Positions 43,208 through 52,159 of a stretch of 64,000 bases of DNA are shown one piece after another; position 1 is the stretch's first letter, and every line of letters starts with the position of its first letter. The notes under the pieces were generated by a model. The model had not been told where the DNA came from. It did no database searches and was given only the letters and a program-made list of their open reading frames with translations. Both the position numbers and the translations under genes were made by a program. Origin of the DNA: Bermanella sp. (GTDB lineage: Bacteria > Pseudomonadota > Gammaproteobacteria > Pseudomonadales > Oceanobacteraceae); NCBI GenBank assembly GCA_051277445.1, contig JBNMQC010000003.1, positions 14,391 through 78,390 on the forward strand. Reading direction: 5' to 3'.

Positions 43208-46200
43208 ATGTTGATTGATCGACTAATAACAATAAAAAAAGATTCTGTTCGATTGCTACTGGTGTTGTTCTTTTTGTTTTTATTGGCCACTCAGATAGCC
43301 TCTTTTTACATTCAATACGCCAGTGTCAAAGAGCATGACCAGTATGTACTTGATAAGACCTTATCGAGCTTAGCCAAGCAAACAGCTATCAGTGTGTATG
43401 CACAAAAGAACAGTATCCCCCCGATTCTCAGTCAATATCAATCAGCTATAGGTGACGTGATCATGGGTGAGTCGCTCACCAGTGCGCAGGTGCTAACTGA
43501 GGCATTCAATCGCACGTTAGTGGACTACCATGGATACCTTATATTGAATCGTCGTCTTGATATAGTTGCGTCACAGTACGATTCAGTATTTGAAGGGCAA
43601 ATCAATCAGATTACAGCATTTATAAAAGATCATACGCCTACCTATAGTGAGCCTGTGACATTGCTGGCCGATTTATTTGAAGGCGTTGGCAGCATTAATT
43701 TTATATATGATCTCGATGCATATATCGGGCAACCTTATTACTTGGTTGTGAGCCGTAAAACCCAAGTTTATAGCCGTATTATCGATGAAAATAACTATGG
43801 CAGCTTTCGTGTCCTAGTAACGGATACTCGAGATGGCCATATCATCGTCAGTACTGAAGATTTCCATCAGCAAAGTCGTGCACATAACATCAGTGATTAC
43901 AGCGCCAGTATTCTAGGTGAACGTGATATTGACAATACGCCTTGGCGGTATGTGGCGGTTGAAAAAGAGGATTTTTCGCAAAAGCAGATAATGCACCTTC
44001 TTTTACCCAAGGTTTTATTTATCGCGTTATATTTTTTGCTGGCATATATCACGCTTAAAATTATTGGCCGCATACACAATGAAAGCGGACAAAAAGTGGC
44101 CAAGTTCGATCGTAAATCTCAGCGAGCCGAACAAGCATTGGACTGTATCGATGAGGTAGTCATTACCACAACGCTCAAAGGTAAAATCATTTTCTGTAAT
44201 AGCTCTGCCGGGCGCTGGTTAAAACAACAAGAAATCGACACAGTGATTGGTAAGCCCATTCATAAAGTATTTCCTTTTGAAGGGCTGCCTTGGCTAAAAG
44301 ATTGGTCAGATAAGGATGATGAACCAGGTCTTACGCATTATGGGGAAGTACTGGTCGATTTTGATGGCAAGCTGATTACCTTAGATATCAACAAACACTT
44401 TTCTTATTTAGAGAAAACCGTTCCGACTGTGATTTGGGTGTTAAGGGATGTCAGTCGCCAAGCGGCGGATCATGATTTATTAAACATTAGTCGTTCACGC
44501 TATCGCGCTTTATATAACGGCAGTGGTATTGGTATGTGGCATATTGATATTTCTTTAGTTCGCGAATGGTTAAGTAATATTAATACCTGCAATGTTTATG
44601 ACTATATCCAAAGTCACCCTAAAGAATTCACCGCATTGCGCTCTTCCTTTCATTTGATTGATATTAATGACGCGGCCTTAAAAATCTATAACGGTGCCAG
44701 CAAGAGTGAGATTTTGGGTAAGATCAGTGAATTATTTAAGCTATATAATAAAGATCTGATGATCGATATTGCTCAGAAAATTCATGAAAACCAAACACGA
44801 TTTAGTACAGAAATTAAATTTACATCACTTGATGGTATGCAGCATTATTACCTTGTTAACGGCACGCTTGATAGTGTTGGTAAAGATCAAGCGCTTCTCA
44901 GTTTTATTAATATAAGTGATCGTATTGCCGCCGAAATGGCACTAAAAGAAAGTGAAAGCTTTTGGTCCAGTGTTATTGAATCACTGCCTGATCCTATATA
45001 TGTGAATGATTTAAATAATAAAGAGACGATTTATAATAGTCGCCATATCGGCGAGCTACTTGGCTACACATCTGAGCAGATCCGTAAGATAGGGCATTGG
45101 CGTGAGTTGCTGCATAAAGATGATGTTATTAAAGTGGACCCTGCTGTCTCGACGTTAAAAACATTAGAGCCGGGGCAGGTGAATGAAACCAGTGCGCGGG
45201 TTAAGCACAGTGACGGCAGCTGGCGAATTATGCGTTTTCGCGACACTATTTTTACACGTGGTGACCTCCACGAAAGTCGATACTATGTGGGGCTCGCTCG
45301 TGATATTACCGATGAAGAGTTCGCAAAGGAGCAGTTATCCCATAGTGAACGCCGTTATCGCTTATTAGCCGAAAGCATGCTGGATATTGTATTTACCTTA
45401 GATAAGGATTTAAACCTCAATTACATTAGTTCCTCTGTTAATCGCATTCTAGGCCATGATTCTGTCAGTGTTTTAAAGCATGGCTTGTCTTATATTATTA
45501 ATGATAATAGTTACCAGTATTTATATCGTGTATGCCAAGACGATCTCTCAGCTGCTATCCAAGGCGTCGAAGATTGCGTGCGCACATTTGATATTGATGT
45601 ATACGCAGAAAATGGCCAGCCAATGATACTGGAAATTCAAAGCAGCATTTTGCGCAATGAAGCGAATGAAGTGGAAGGCATTTTGGCAACCGGCAGAGAT
45701 GTGACGCAAAAACGGTTCATCGAAAAAGAAGCTCGAACTGCGTCAGAAGTGTTCGAAAATTCTTCCGAATCGATTATCGTGACTGAAGCCAATGGCCATA
45801 TTAGTCGAGTAAATAAAGCGTTTACTCATTTGTCGGGTTATCAGCCCGATGATGTATTAAATAACAAACCGAATCTTCTTCTTTCACCTTCTACCTCCGA
45901 AAAAACCATCAAAGAAATGAAAGCTGCCTTATTGAATGAAGGTTATTGGCAGGGTGAGTTGCAGTATATAAATAAACGTCAGGAGGTACGCCCAAGTTGG
46001 ACGGGGATTACAGCGCTAAAAGATGAAAACGGACAAGTGCAAAGCCATATCATTATTTCTTCCGATATTGCTGAACGAAAAATTACCGAAGCTCGCATAG
46101 AGCGCTTGGCATACTTTGATGGTCTAACTGGTTTACCAAATCGTTCGCAAATGCATGAAACCCTTGAGCGATTGATGCTTGATAAAAAACAAATCATCGC

Positions 46201-47413
46201 GCTTTTATTTATTGACCTAGACCGGTTTAAACCCATCAACGACAGTATGGGGCACCCGGTGGGAGATAAAGTATTAAAAGAAGTGGCTAAGCGTTTAAGT
46301 AATGCCATTAGACCGCAAGACTTAGTGGCGCGCATTGGTGGTGATGAATTTACCGTTATTATGTCTGGGTTAACAACCAGCGACGAAGCTGTCATTGAAT
46401 CCATTGACGTGTCAGAACGCATCCTCAAACAATTAGTGCAGCCATTCAAAATTGAAGATCGCCAATTATATTTAAGTTGCAGTGTAGGGGTGGCACTGTT
46501 CCCAGAAAATGCCGAAAGCGGTATGGACCTATTAAAAAATGCCGATACCGCCATGTACCATGCGAAAGCCATGGGTAAAAATAATGTGCAGTTCTATGCA
46601 GAGAACATGAATACCCACGCCATGGAACGTTTGGAGTTAGAAAATAATTTACACCTTGCATTAAGACGTAATGAATTTGAATTATTCTACCAAGCTCAAT
46701 GGGACACCATTGAAAATAAAATCTGCGGCATAGAATCCTTGCTGAGATGGCGTCGCCCTGGATTTGGTGTCGTAGGCCCAGATACTTTTATTCCTGTCAT
46801 AGAAGAAACCGGCTTGATTGTGCCCATTGGTGAATGGGTATTACGCACCGCCTGTGAACAAATCATTGACTGGCAAGAGGCTGGGTTTATCGTGCCCAAG
46901 CTTTCCGTGAACTTAAGTGCTCGCCAGTTTAAAGATGCACAAATGCTGGACCGTATTTGCCGTATCGTGGATGAAACTGGGGTTGATCCAGAGCTGATTG
47001 AGCTGGAGCTCACAGAGAGTATCTTGATGGACGATGTGGACCGTGCCCTTGCAGTATTAAACGAAGCGCGGGCCATGGGCTTTCAACTGTCCATTGATGA
47101 CTTTGGCACGGGTTATTCTTCTTTAAGCTATTTAAAGCAGTTCCCTGTGAATAACTTAAAGATTGATAAGAGCTTCATCAAAAACTTACCAGACAACCTA
47201 GAAGACGCCCAAATTACGCGCACCATAGTGGCCATGGCCAATAACCTAGGCTTAGGGGTGATTGCCGAAGGGGTAGAAAAAGAAGAGCAGCAAACCTTTT
47301 TACAGCAGGTGGGTTGTCACAAGGTACAGGGCTATATGTATAGTTACCCAGTCACTGCGGATATTCTGGCCCATGACTTCTTAGATGCCGAACATGAGGC
47401 GTATATGGATTAG
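43208..47413 (+). CDS. Membrane-anchored multi-PAS GGDEF-EAL protein, MorA-like
   Basis: Two TM segments, about five PAS domains, RPQD I-site then GGDEF, ESLLRW, DDFGTGYSS and EGVE; 1401 aa and adjacent to glyA, as with P. aeruginosa morA (from memory). Confidence 0.9.
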   Translation: MLIDRLITIKKDSVRLLLVLFFLFLLATQIASFYIQYASVKEHDQYVLDKTLSSLAKQTAISVYAQKNSIPPILSQYQSAIGDVIMGESLTSAQVLTEAFNRTLVDYHGYLILNRRLDIVASQYDSVFEGQINQITAFIKDHTPTYSEPVTLLADLFEGVGSINFIYDLDAYIGQPYYLVVSRKTQVYSRIIDENNYGSFRVLVTDTRDGHIIVSTEDFHQQSRAHNISDYSASILGERDIDNTPWRYVAVEKEDFSQKQIMHLLLPKVLFIALYFLLAYITLKIIGRIHNESGQKVAKFDRKSQRAEQALDCIDEVVITTTLKGKIIFCNSSAGRWLKQQEIDTVIGKPIHKVFPFEGLPWLKDWSDKDDEPGLTHYGEVLVDFDGKLITLDINKHFSYLEKTVPTVIWVLRDVSRQAADHDLLNISRSRYRALYNGSGIGMWHIDISLVREWLSNINTCNVYDYIQSHPKEFTALRSSFHLIDINDAALKIYNGASKSEILGKISELFKLYNKDLMIDIAQKIHENQTRFSTEIKFTSLDGMQHYYLVNGTLDSVGKDQALLSFINISDRIAAEMALKESESFWSSVIESLPDPIYVNDLNNKETIYNSRHIGELLGYTSEQIRKIGHWRELLHKDDVIKVDPAVSTLKTLEPGQVNETSARVKHSDGSWRIMRFRDTIFTRGDLHESRYYVGLARDITDEEFAKEQLSHSERRYRLLAESMLDIVFTLDKDLNLNYISSSVNRILGHDSVSVLKHGLSYIINDNSYQYLYRVCQDDLSAAIQGVEDCVRTFDIDVYAENGQPMILEIQSSILRNEANEVEGILATGRDVTQKRFIEKEARTASEVFENSSESIIVTEANGHISRVNKAFTHLSGYQPDDVLNNKPNLLLSPSTSEKTIKEMKAALLNEGYWQGELQYINKRQEVRPSWTGITALKDENGQVQSHIIISSDIAERKITEARIERLAYFDGLTGLPNRSQMHETLERLMLDKKQIIALLFIDLDRFKPINDSMGHPVGDKVLKEVAKRLSNAIRPQDLVARIGGDEFTVIMSGLTTSDEAVIESIDVSERILKQLVQPFKIEDRQLYLSCSVGVALFPENAESGMDLLKNADTAMYHAKAMGKNNVQFYAENMNTHAMERLELENNLHLALRRNEFELFYQAQWDTIENKICGIESLLRWRRPGFGVVGPDTFIPVIEETGLIVPIGEWVLRTACEQIIDWQEAGFIVPKLSVNLSARQFKDAQMLDRICRIVDETGVDPELIELELTESILMDDVDRALAVLNEARAMGFQLSIDDFGTGYSSLSYLKQFPVNNLKIDKSFIKNLPDNLEDAQITRTIVAMANNLGLGVIAEGVEKEEQQTFLQQVGCHKVQGYMYSYPVTADILAHDFLDAEHEAYMD

Positions 47414-47490
47414 CTGTTTATATAACGGCTTTACCCATTTTAGCCATACGTTTTATGCCTTTTTTAGTGGGCGATGTCTGATTATGGCTG

Positions 47491-47516
47491 GCTCAGCCCC
47501 TCGGGGCTGAGCCTAC
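47491..47516 (-). repeat. GTAG-family REP element
   Basis: The minus strand reads GTAG-GCTCAGCCCC-GA-GGGGCTGAGC: a GTAG foot plus a perfect 10-bp GC-rich palindrome; there is no U-tract. Confidence 0.65.
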
Positions 47517-47666
47517 ATGAACAATCCTCCACTCCCCTTGATACCCTTTCAAGTGCCAGTCTTGAGTGCTTGATGTACAATGCTGCCCAATTCCTCTTAG
47601 CTTGGCCGAAATAGGCTAATCTAAGGCTCACCAGCTTTAACCTTTAACTGAATCACGGGGACTATT

Positions 47667-48929
47667 ATGTTCAAAAAAGACATGAACATTGCGGATTTTG
47701 ATCCAGCGCTATGGGAAGCCATGCAAGCTGAAGATGTGCGTCAAGAGCACCACATCGAGCTGATCGCTTCTGAAAACTACACTAGCCCTCGTGTGATGGA
47801 AGCCCAAGGCAGCCAGCTAACGAACAAATACGCAGAAGGCTACCCAGGCAAGCGTTACTACGGTGGTTGTGAGCATGTTGACGTGATCGAGCAATTGGCG
47901 ATTGACCGTGCAAAAGAGCTTTTCGGCGCACCTTATGCCAACGTACAGCCGCACTCAGGTTCACAAGCCAACGCAGCGGTATTCATGGCTCTTTGTAAGC
48001 CTGGCGACACGATTCTAGGTATGAGCTTGGCCCATGGTGGTCACTTGACTCACGGTGCATCTGTGTCTTTCTCTGGTCGTATCTACAATGCCATTCAGTA
48101 TGGTCTTCACCCTGAAACCGGTGAAATCGATTACGCCGATGTTGAACGTCTAGCGCTTGAGCACAAGCCAAAAATGATCATCGCTGGTTTCTCAGCTTAT
48201 TCTCGCATCGTTGACTGGAATCGTTTCCGTGAAATCGCCGATAAAGTGGGCGCGTACCTTTTCGTGGACATGGCTCACATTGCTGGCCTAGTGGCGGCGG
48301 GCGTTTACCCATCTCCAGTGGGTATTGCTGACGTGGTCACCACCACGACACACAAAACACTACGTGGCCCACGTGGCGGCTTGATCCTAGCCAAAGAAGA
48401 CGAAGAGCTTAACAAGCGTCTTAACTTTGCGGTGTTCCCTGAATCTCAAGGCGGACCATTGATGCACGTAATCGCCGGTAAAGCGGTTTGCTTCAAAGAG
48501 GCCATGAGCGATGAATATAAAACGTATCAACAGCAAGTGGTGAAAAACGCGCAAGCCATGGCAGAAGTGTTTATTTCTCGTGGTATTAACATCGTTTCTG
48601 GCGGTACAGACGACCACCTATTCTTGGTTGATTTAATCGGCAAAGAATACACAGGTAAAGATGCAGACGCGGCCCTTGGCGAAGCGTACATCACGGTTAA
48701 TAAAAACTCAGTACCAAACGATCCACGCTCTCCGTTCGTAACCTCTGGTTTACGTATTGGTACGCCAGCGATCACGAGCCGTGGTTTCAAAGAAGCGGAG
48801 TCTCGTGAGTTAACCGGTTGGATCTGCGACGTACTGGATAGCCTAGAAAATGGCAACAAAGACGAAGTAGCCGCAACCGTGCGTGAGAAAGTGAAAGCAC
48901 TTTGCGCGACCTTGCCTGTTTATTCGTAA
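47667..48929 (+). CDS. glyA: Serine hydroxymethyltransferase
   Basis: [41 protein letters not shown] and [14 protein letters not shown] motifs. Confidence 0.99.
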   Translation: MFKKDMNIADFDPALWEAMQAEDVRQEHHIELIASENYTSPRVMEAQGSQLTNKYAEGYPGKRYYGGCEHVDVIEQLAIDRAKELFGAPYANVQPHSGSQANAAVFMALCKPGDTILGMSLAHGGHLTHGASVSFSGRIYNAIQYGLHPETGEIDYADVERLALEHKPKMIIAGFSAYSRIVDWNRFREIADKVGAYLFVDMAHIAGLVAAGVYPSPVGIADVVTTTTHKTLRGPRGGLILAKEDEELNKRLNFAVFPESQGGPLMHVIAGKAVCFKEAMSDEYKTYQQQVVKNAQAMAEVFISRGINIVSGGTDDHLFLVDLIGKEYTGKDADAALGEAYITVNKNSVPNDPRSPFVTSGLRIGTPAITSRGFKEAESRELTGWICDVLDSLENGNKDEVAATVREKVKALCATLPVYS

Positions 48930-48948
48930 GACGTTAAATATGGAGTAA

Positions 48949-49021
48949 GCCGGACGCCTGGCATCAGGCGTCGAACGCTCCGCCATTCCGGCCGCGAGGA
49001 ACGAGCAGAACCGGAATCCAT
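48949..49021. repeat. Palindromic repeat remnants directly after glyA
   Basis: GACGCCTG-GCAT-CAGGCGTC hairpin, then CCATTCCGG...CCGGAATCCA, resembling ATTCCGGC/GCCGGAATCC REP-like elements. Confidence 0.5.
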
Positions 49022-49063
49022 AAAAAACCGCGATTAACTGAGAGGCTGTCGCGGTTTTTTTAT
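49020..49063. terminator. Bidirectional intrinsic terminator, copy 1
   Basis: A6-CCGCGAT...GTCGCGG-T7. Confidence 0.85.
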
Positions 49064-49087
49064 GACTTGATTTAGGGATTACTACTT

Positions 49088-49339
49088 TTTGTGGGAGGGC
49101 GCTTGCGCGCGATTAGCGAAGTTAGCTCTAATCAGAGTTGAATACCAAAACACTGTATCCCGCGCAAGTGAGATAACAAAAATTAGTAGGTTTGGTTAGC
49201 CTGAGTATTTGTACTAAATATATTATGCTTACCGGCGTAACCCAACAAGCAATGTAACCAGCTAAAAAAGCGTGATGGGTTTGGCTGCGCCTCTATACGA
49301 ATCGAATTTCGCTTGAGCACACTTCCAACGCATCCTACC
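49088..49339. repeat. Cluster of degenerate REP/REPIN elements
   Basis: TGTGGGAGGGCGCTTGCGCGCGAT with partner remnant CCCGCGCAAG; GTAGGTTTGGTTAGC...GCGTAACCCAAC; GATGGGTTTGGCTGCGC...ATCCTAC. Confidence 0.55.
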
Positions 49340-49412
49340 TAAGTTTCAGGTTTAATCTATTTTTCGCACTGTTCTAGCTGCTTCGATAGCGTTTGTTGAG
49401 CTATTGACGAAT

Positions 49413-49455
49413 ATAAAAAACCGCGATTAGCTGAAAGGCTATCGCGGTTTTTTAT
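49413..49455. terminator. Bidirectional intrinsic terminator, copy 2 (overlaps the stop of the orphan ORF)
   Basis: A6-CCGCGAT...ATCGCGG-T6; near-identical to 49020-49063. Confidence 0.85.
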
Positions 49456-50816
49456 ATTGTCGTCATAATTAAAGTGTATACAAAGCCATTAAATTTATAA
49501 GTCGGCAATGGTCCTTTATAATCACTTCCTTGAGGGTTCCCATCTAAGATAGCTTTCATTTGCATGTCAGGAAGACCATTAGTTTTTTCCTGAGAGAAAG
49601 AAAGCTCATATTTATATTTATAGCATTTAATGGCAGGTCCATATGCTGAATGGGTACCACATGACCCTATGTTTGATTGTCCTGTAATTCCATTCCACAC
49701 TACATCAAAGGAACCACTATTTGGATAAATAATAGACGATAATATGATTTCATTCTTTTGTTCCATTGTATGATTGTTTATAACGAAGAATCCTGAATTA
49801 CTTATAAGGTTGATAGCTGTTCCTTTTGCATCCCTTCTACCTTCTAAAAATGTAATAAACTTATTTATATTGGTTGCTTCCCAATTATCACCCTCTTTTT
49901 CAAGAGTGATGGCTGAAATTAATGGGGTGCACTCTATACAAATTTGTTTATTATTAATTGGCTTGGACTTAGTAATTGCTAATATACGATTTTCGTTTAG
50001 GTTGATCTTCTTTATTATAGTGGAAACAATATTTCTATTACTTTTGTTCCAGTATGTTTTTATTCTTGGTTCTTTATTGATGCTTAATGTATCAAAATCA
50101 TCGGGTAAATTCCAAATTGAAATCTTCTTATATTCTGAGCAGGTCCCAAATAACTTTATAAGTATTAAACAGTCTAATGAATTACTTATATTAGTTAGAA
50201 AGACTTTATTTGGTTGAAGATCGATCGTTAATATTGATCTAACTACTTCTGAGTCATTATTATAAGAACTGGATTTACCTGATTCTAATTTAACTGAATA
50301 TCTTTTAGTGAATTTATTTAATAAAAATGAAGAGTTTATATTAGATGAGTATAGAGATATTTTTCGCTTATTTGATTTTACATAATAAGAAATAGAGTTT
50401 TCAGTAAAGTCACTATTTGATCTAAATTTAATGCTGTTGTTACTATTTTTTAATTTTTTCACCCCTGGCTTTAGAGTTTTTTCCATGAATTTAGCATGAT
50501 CAATAGAATTTTCATGTTTTTTGTCAAAGACAGTGCAAGTTGTTAAATCATATACGATTACATAGTCGTTATATGAATATGCAAGGCTCTTTTTATCCTC
50601 TGTGTATTGGCTTTTTAATTTATCTGATAGTGGCTTCAACCTATATTTTTTAATAGTTGGCATGATGTTTCTTGATGCGGTGAATTCATTTAGGCAAGCT
50701 TCGCTAAATAGTGATATGGAACTTGGGTAGTTTGAAGGTTTTTTATTTAATGCGCACCCTGTTAGGGTTATGCAAAAAACAATAATAAATATGTTGGTAT
50801 ATGCTTTTTCAAACAT
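49452..50816 (-). CDS. AT-rich hypothetical lipoprotein, 454 aa
   Basis: Lipobox LTGC, several Cys including CIEC, and K/N/S/I-rich composition; GC is clearly below the flanks (sampled lines 17-42%). I recognise no family. Confidence 0.7.
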   Translation of the reverse strand: MFEKAYTNIFIIVFCITLTGCALNKKPSNYPSSISLFSEACLNEFTASRNIMPTIKKYRLKPLSDKLKSQYTEDKKSLAYSYNDYVIVYDLTTCTVFDKKHENSIDHAKFMEKTLKPGVKKLKNSNNSIKFRSNSDFTENSISYYVKSNKRKISLYSSNINSSFLLNKFTKRYSVKLESGKSSSYNNDSEVVRSILTIDLQPNKVFLTNISNSLDCLILIKLFGTCSEYKKISIWNLPDDFDTLSINKEPRIKTYWNKSNRNIVSTIIKKINLNENRILAITKSKPINNKQICIECTPLISAITLEKEGDNWEATNINKFITFLEGRRDAKGTAINLISNSGFFVINNHTMEQKNEIILSSIIYPNSGSFDVVWNGITGQSNIGSCGTHSAYGPAIKCYKYKYELSFSQEKTNGLPDMQMKAILDGNPQGSDYKGPLPTYKFNGFVYTLIMTTI

Positions 50817-51346
50817 TATTAATTTCTCTAAATAAATGATCTATAACCCCAATATCCACGCCAGCTTGAGGTAACAAGGTCGAGGCTTGGTCATGGGTTT
50901 GGTGATAAAATTATTGGGAGATGAATTCACCAAAATTCTTGCTAGCGCTTTCTCCTTTGATTAGTAAACGTGCTGTCTAAATCCGCTTCGCTTAATTGAG
51001 TGATAACCCAATCGCTTATAATTGCTTCTATTTCAAATCGAGTGTTTTTAAATGCTTAGAAATTGGTAAAAAGCATTTGACCAGCAGATTCAAAAGTGGG
51101 GTGCTTATCAAGTATTTTTAACTTTAAAAATGTCTGGTTATCAGGGCCATGATTCAAAAAGAAACGGCGCAGCCACAATAAATCGTACACTAATATCAGA
51201 TTTAGTGTATCGAGAATAGGCTTAAAATACGAGCTGTGATCTGCATTAAGCTGATCGAAGGATAAAGACGAAGTGGCATCTAATGCTTGGTAATTAAGGC
51301 GGCTATTATATTTAGCGAAGGTTTGAAAGTGCTGTAAGCCGTTCAT
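50809..51346 (-). pseudogene. DinB-family protein pseudogene
   Basis: AKYNSRLN..., YFKPILDTLNLILVYDLLWLRRF; TAA at 51056-58; in-frame continuation IISDWVITQLSEADLDSTF; frameshift near 50960; then KGESASKNFGEFISQ*FYHQTHDQASTLLPQAGVDIGVID. Confidence 0.85.
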
Positions 51347-51533
51347 CTCTGCCTTGAGGTATTTGTACCAATTGACTCAAACTATATTCCGAAAGTGCGT
51401 TGAAATCACTGATCTGGTTTCTCTCGCTACAAATGCTTTGTACTCCACAGATTAAATCATCGATACAACAGACCTCTACCCCACATAATCGAGCCATGCT
51501 AAGCTCTGATCTCTTAAAGAAAAGGATACCACT

Positions 51534-52127
51534 ATGGATAGTACGATGATCACTTGGGCCGTAATTATCGGTGCCATTTTATTTATTGCCATGATGTTTA
51601 ACCGCTTGGTGGCACTGCGTAATCGCCATAAGAATGCGTTCTCGCAAATCGATGTGCAGTTACAGCGTCGTTATGACCTGATCCCTAATTTGGTTGAAAC
51701 CGCTAAAGGGTATGCGAAACATGAACGTGAGACCTTAGAAGCGGTGATCTCGGCGCGTAATGAAGCCAGTGCCATTTTGAAAGGCTTACAAGCCGGCAAT
51801 GCAAACGGTCAATTAGATGTGAGTGCACTTAACGGTGCGGAAGATGTACTGGGCGGCATGATGAGTAAATTATTTGCATTAAGTGAGTCCTACCCAGATC
51901 TTAAAGCGGATGCTCAGTTTCAGCAGCTGATGGAAGAATTGAGTTCAACCGAGAACCGCATCAGTTTTGCCCGCCAAGCATTCAACGATGCGGTGATGGC
52001 TTACAATACCTACCGTGAGTCATTCCCAAGTAATATCATTGCTAACGGGTTTTCATTCCAAGCAGCCAACTTATTAGAGTTTAAAGATAAGGCTATAAAA
52101 AAACCGGTCAAAGTTAACTTTGGTTAA
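51534..52127 (+). CDS. lemA: LemA family protein
   Basis: N-terminal TM, NAFSQIDVQLQRRYDLIPNLV, ESYPDLKA and TENRISFARQAFND motifs. Confidence 0.96.
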   Translation: MDSTMITWAVIIGAILFIAMMFNRLVALRNRHKNAFSQIDVQLQRRYDLIPNLVETAKGYAKHERETLEAVISARNEASAILKGLQAGNANGQLDVSALNGAEDVLGGMMSKLFALSESYPDLKADAQFQQLMEELSSTENRISFARQAFNDAVMAYNTYRESFPSNIIANGFSFQAANLLEFKDKAIKKPVKVNFG

Positions 52128-52159
52128 TGTCTTATAGCTTTAAAAAGTGAACCTGTAAT

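Noticed and set aside
45979-46572. 197-aa antisense ORF, and similar shadow ORFs such as 33141-33668, 4121-4486, 19058-19432 and 49774-50217
   Set aside because: They lie within well-supported genes, have no recognisable motifs or RBS, and are explained by codon bias of the real gene.
47414-47666. Possible ZTP or glycine riboswitch upstream of glyA
   Set aside because: I could not find the conserved elements of either class; the strong hairpin is better explained as a GTAG-REP.
49020-49455. Integron attC interpretation of the repeated palindromes next to an AT-rich gene
   Set aside because: There are no RYYYAAC/GTTRRRY cores and no integrase; the repeats have A/T tails typical of terminators.
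48930-49460. Possible CRISPR array
   Set aside because: Only two copies of the repeat, a spacer of about 350 bp and no cas genes.
51312-51497. 61-aa minus-strand ORF upstream of the dinB pseudogene
   Set aside because: It spans the divergent dinB/lemA promoter region, has no recognisable family and has no clear RBS.
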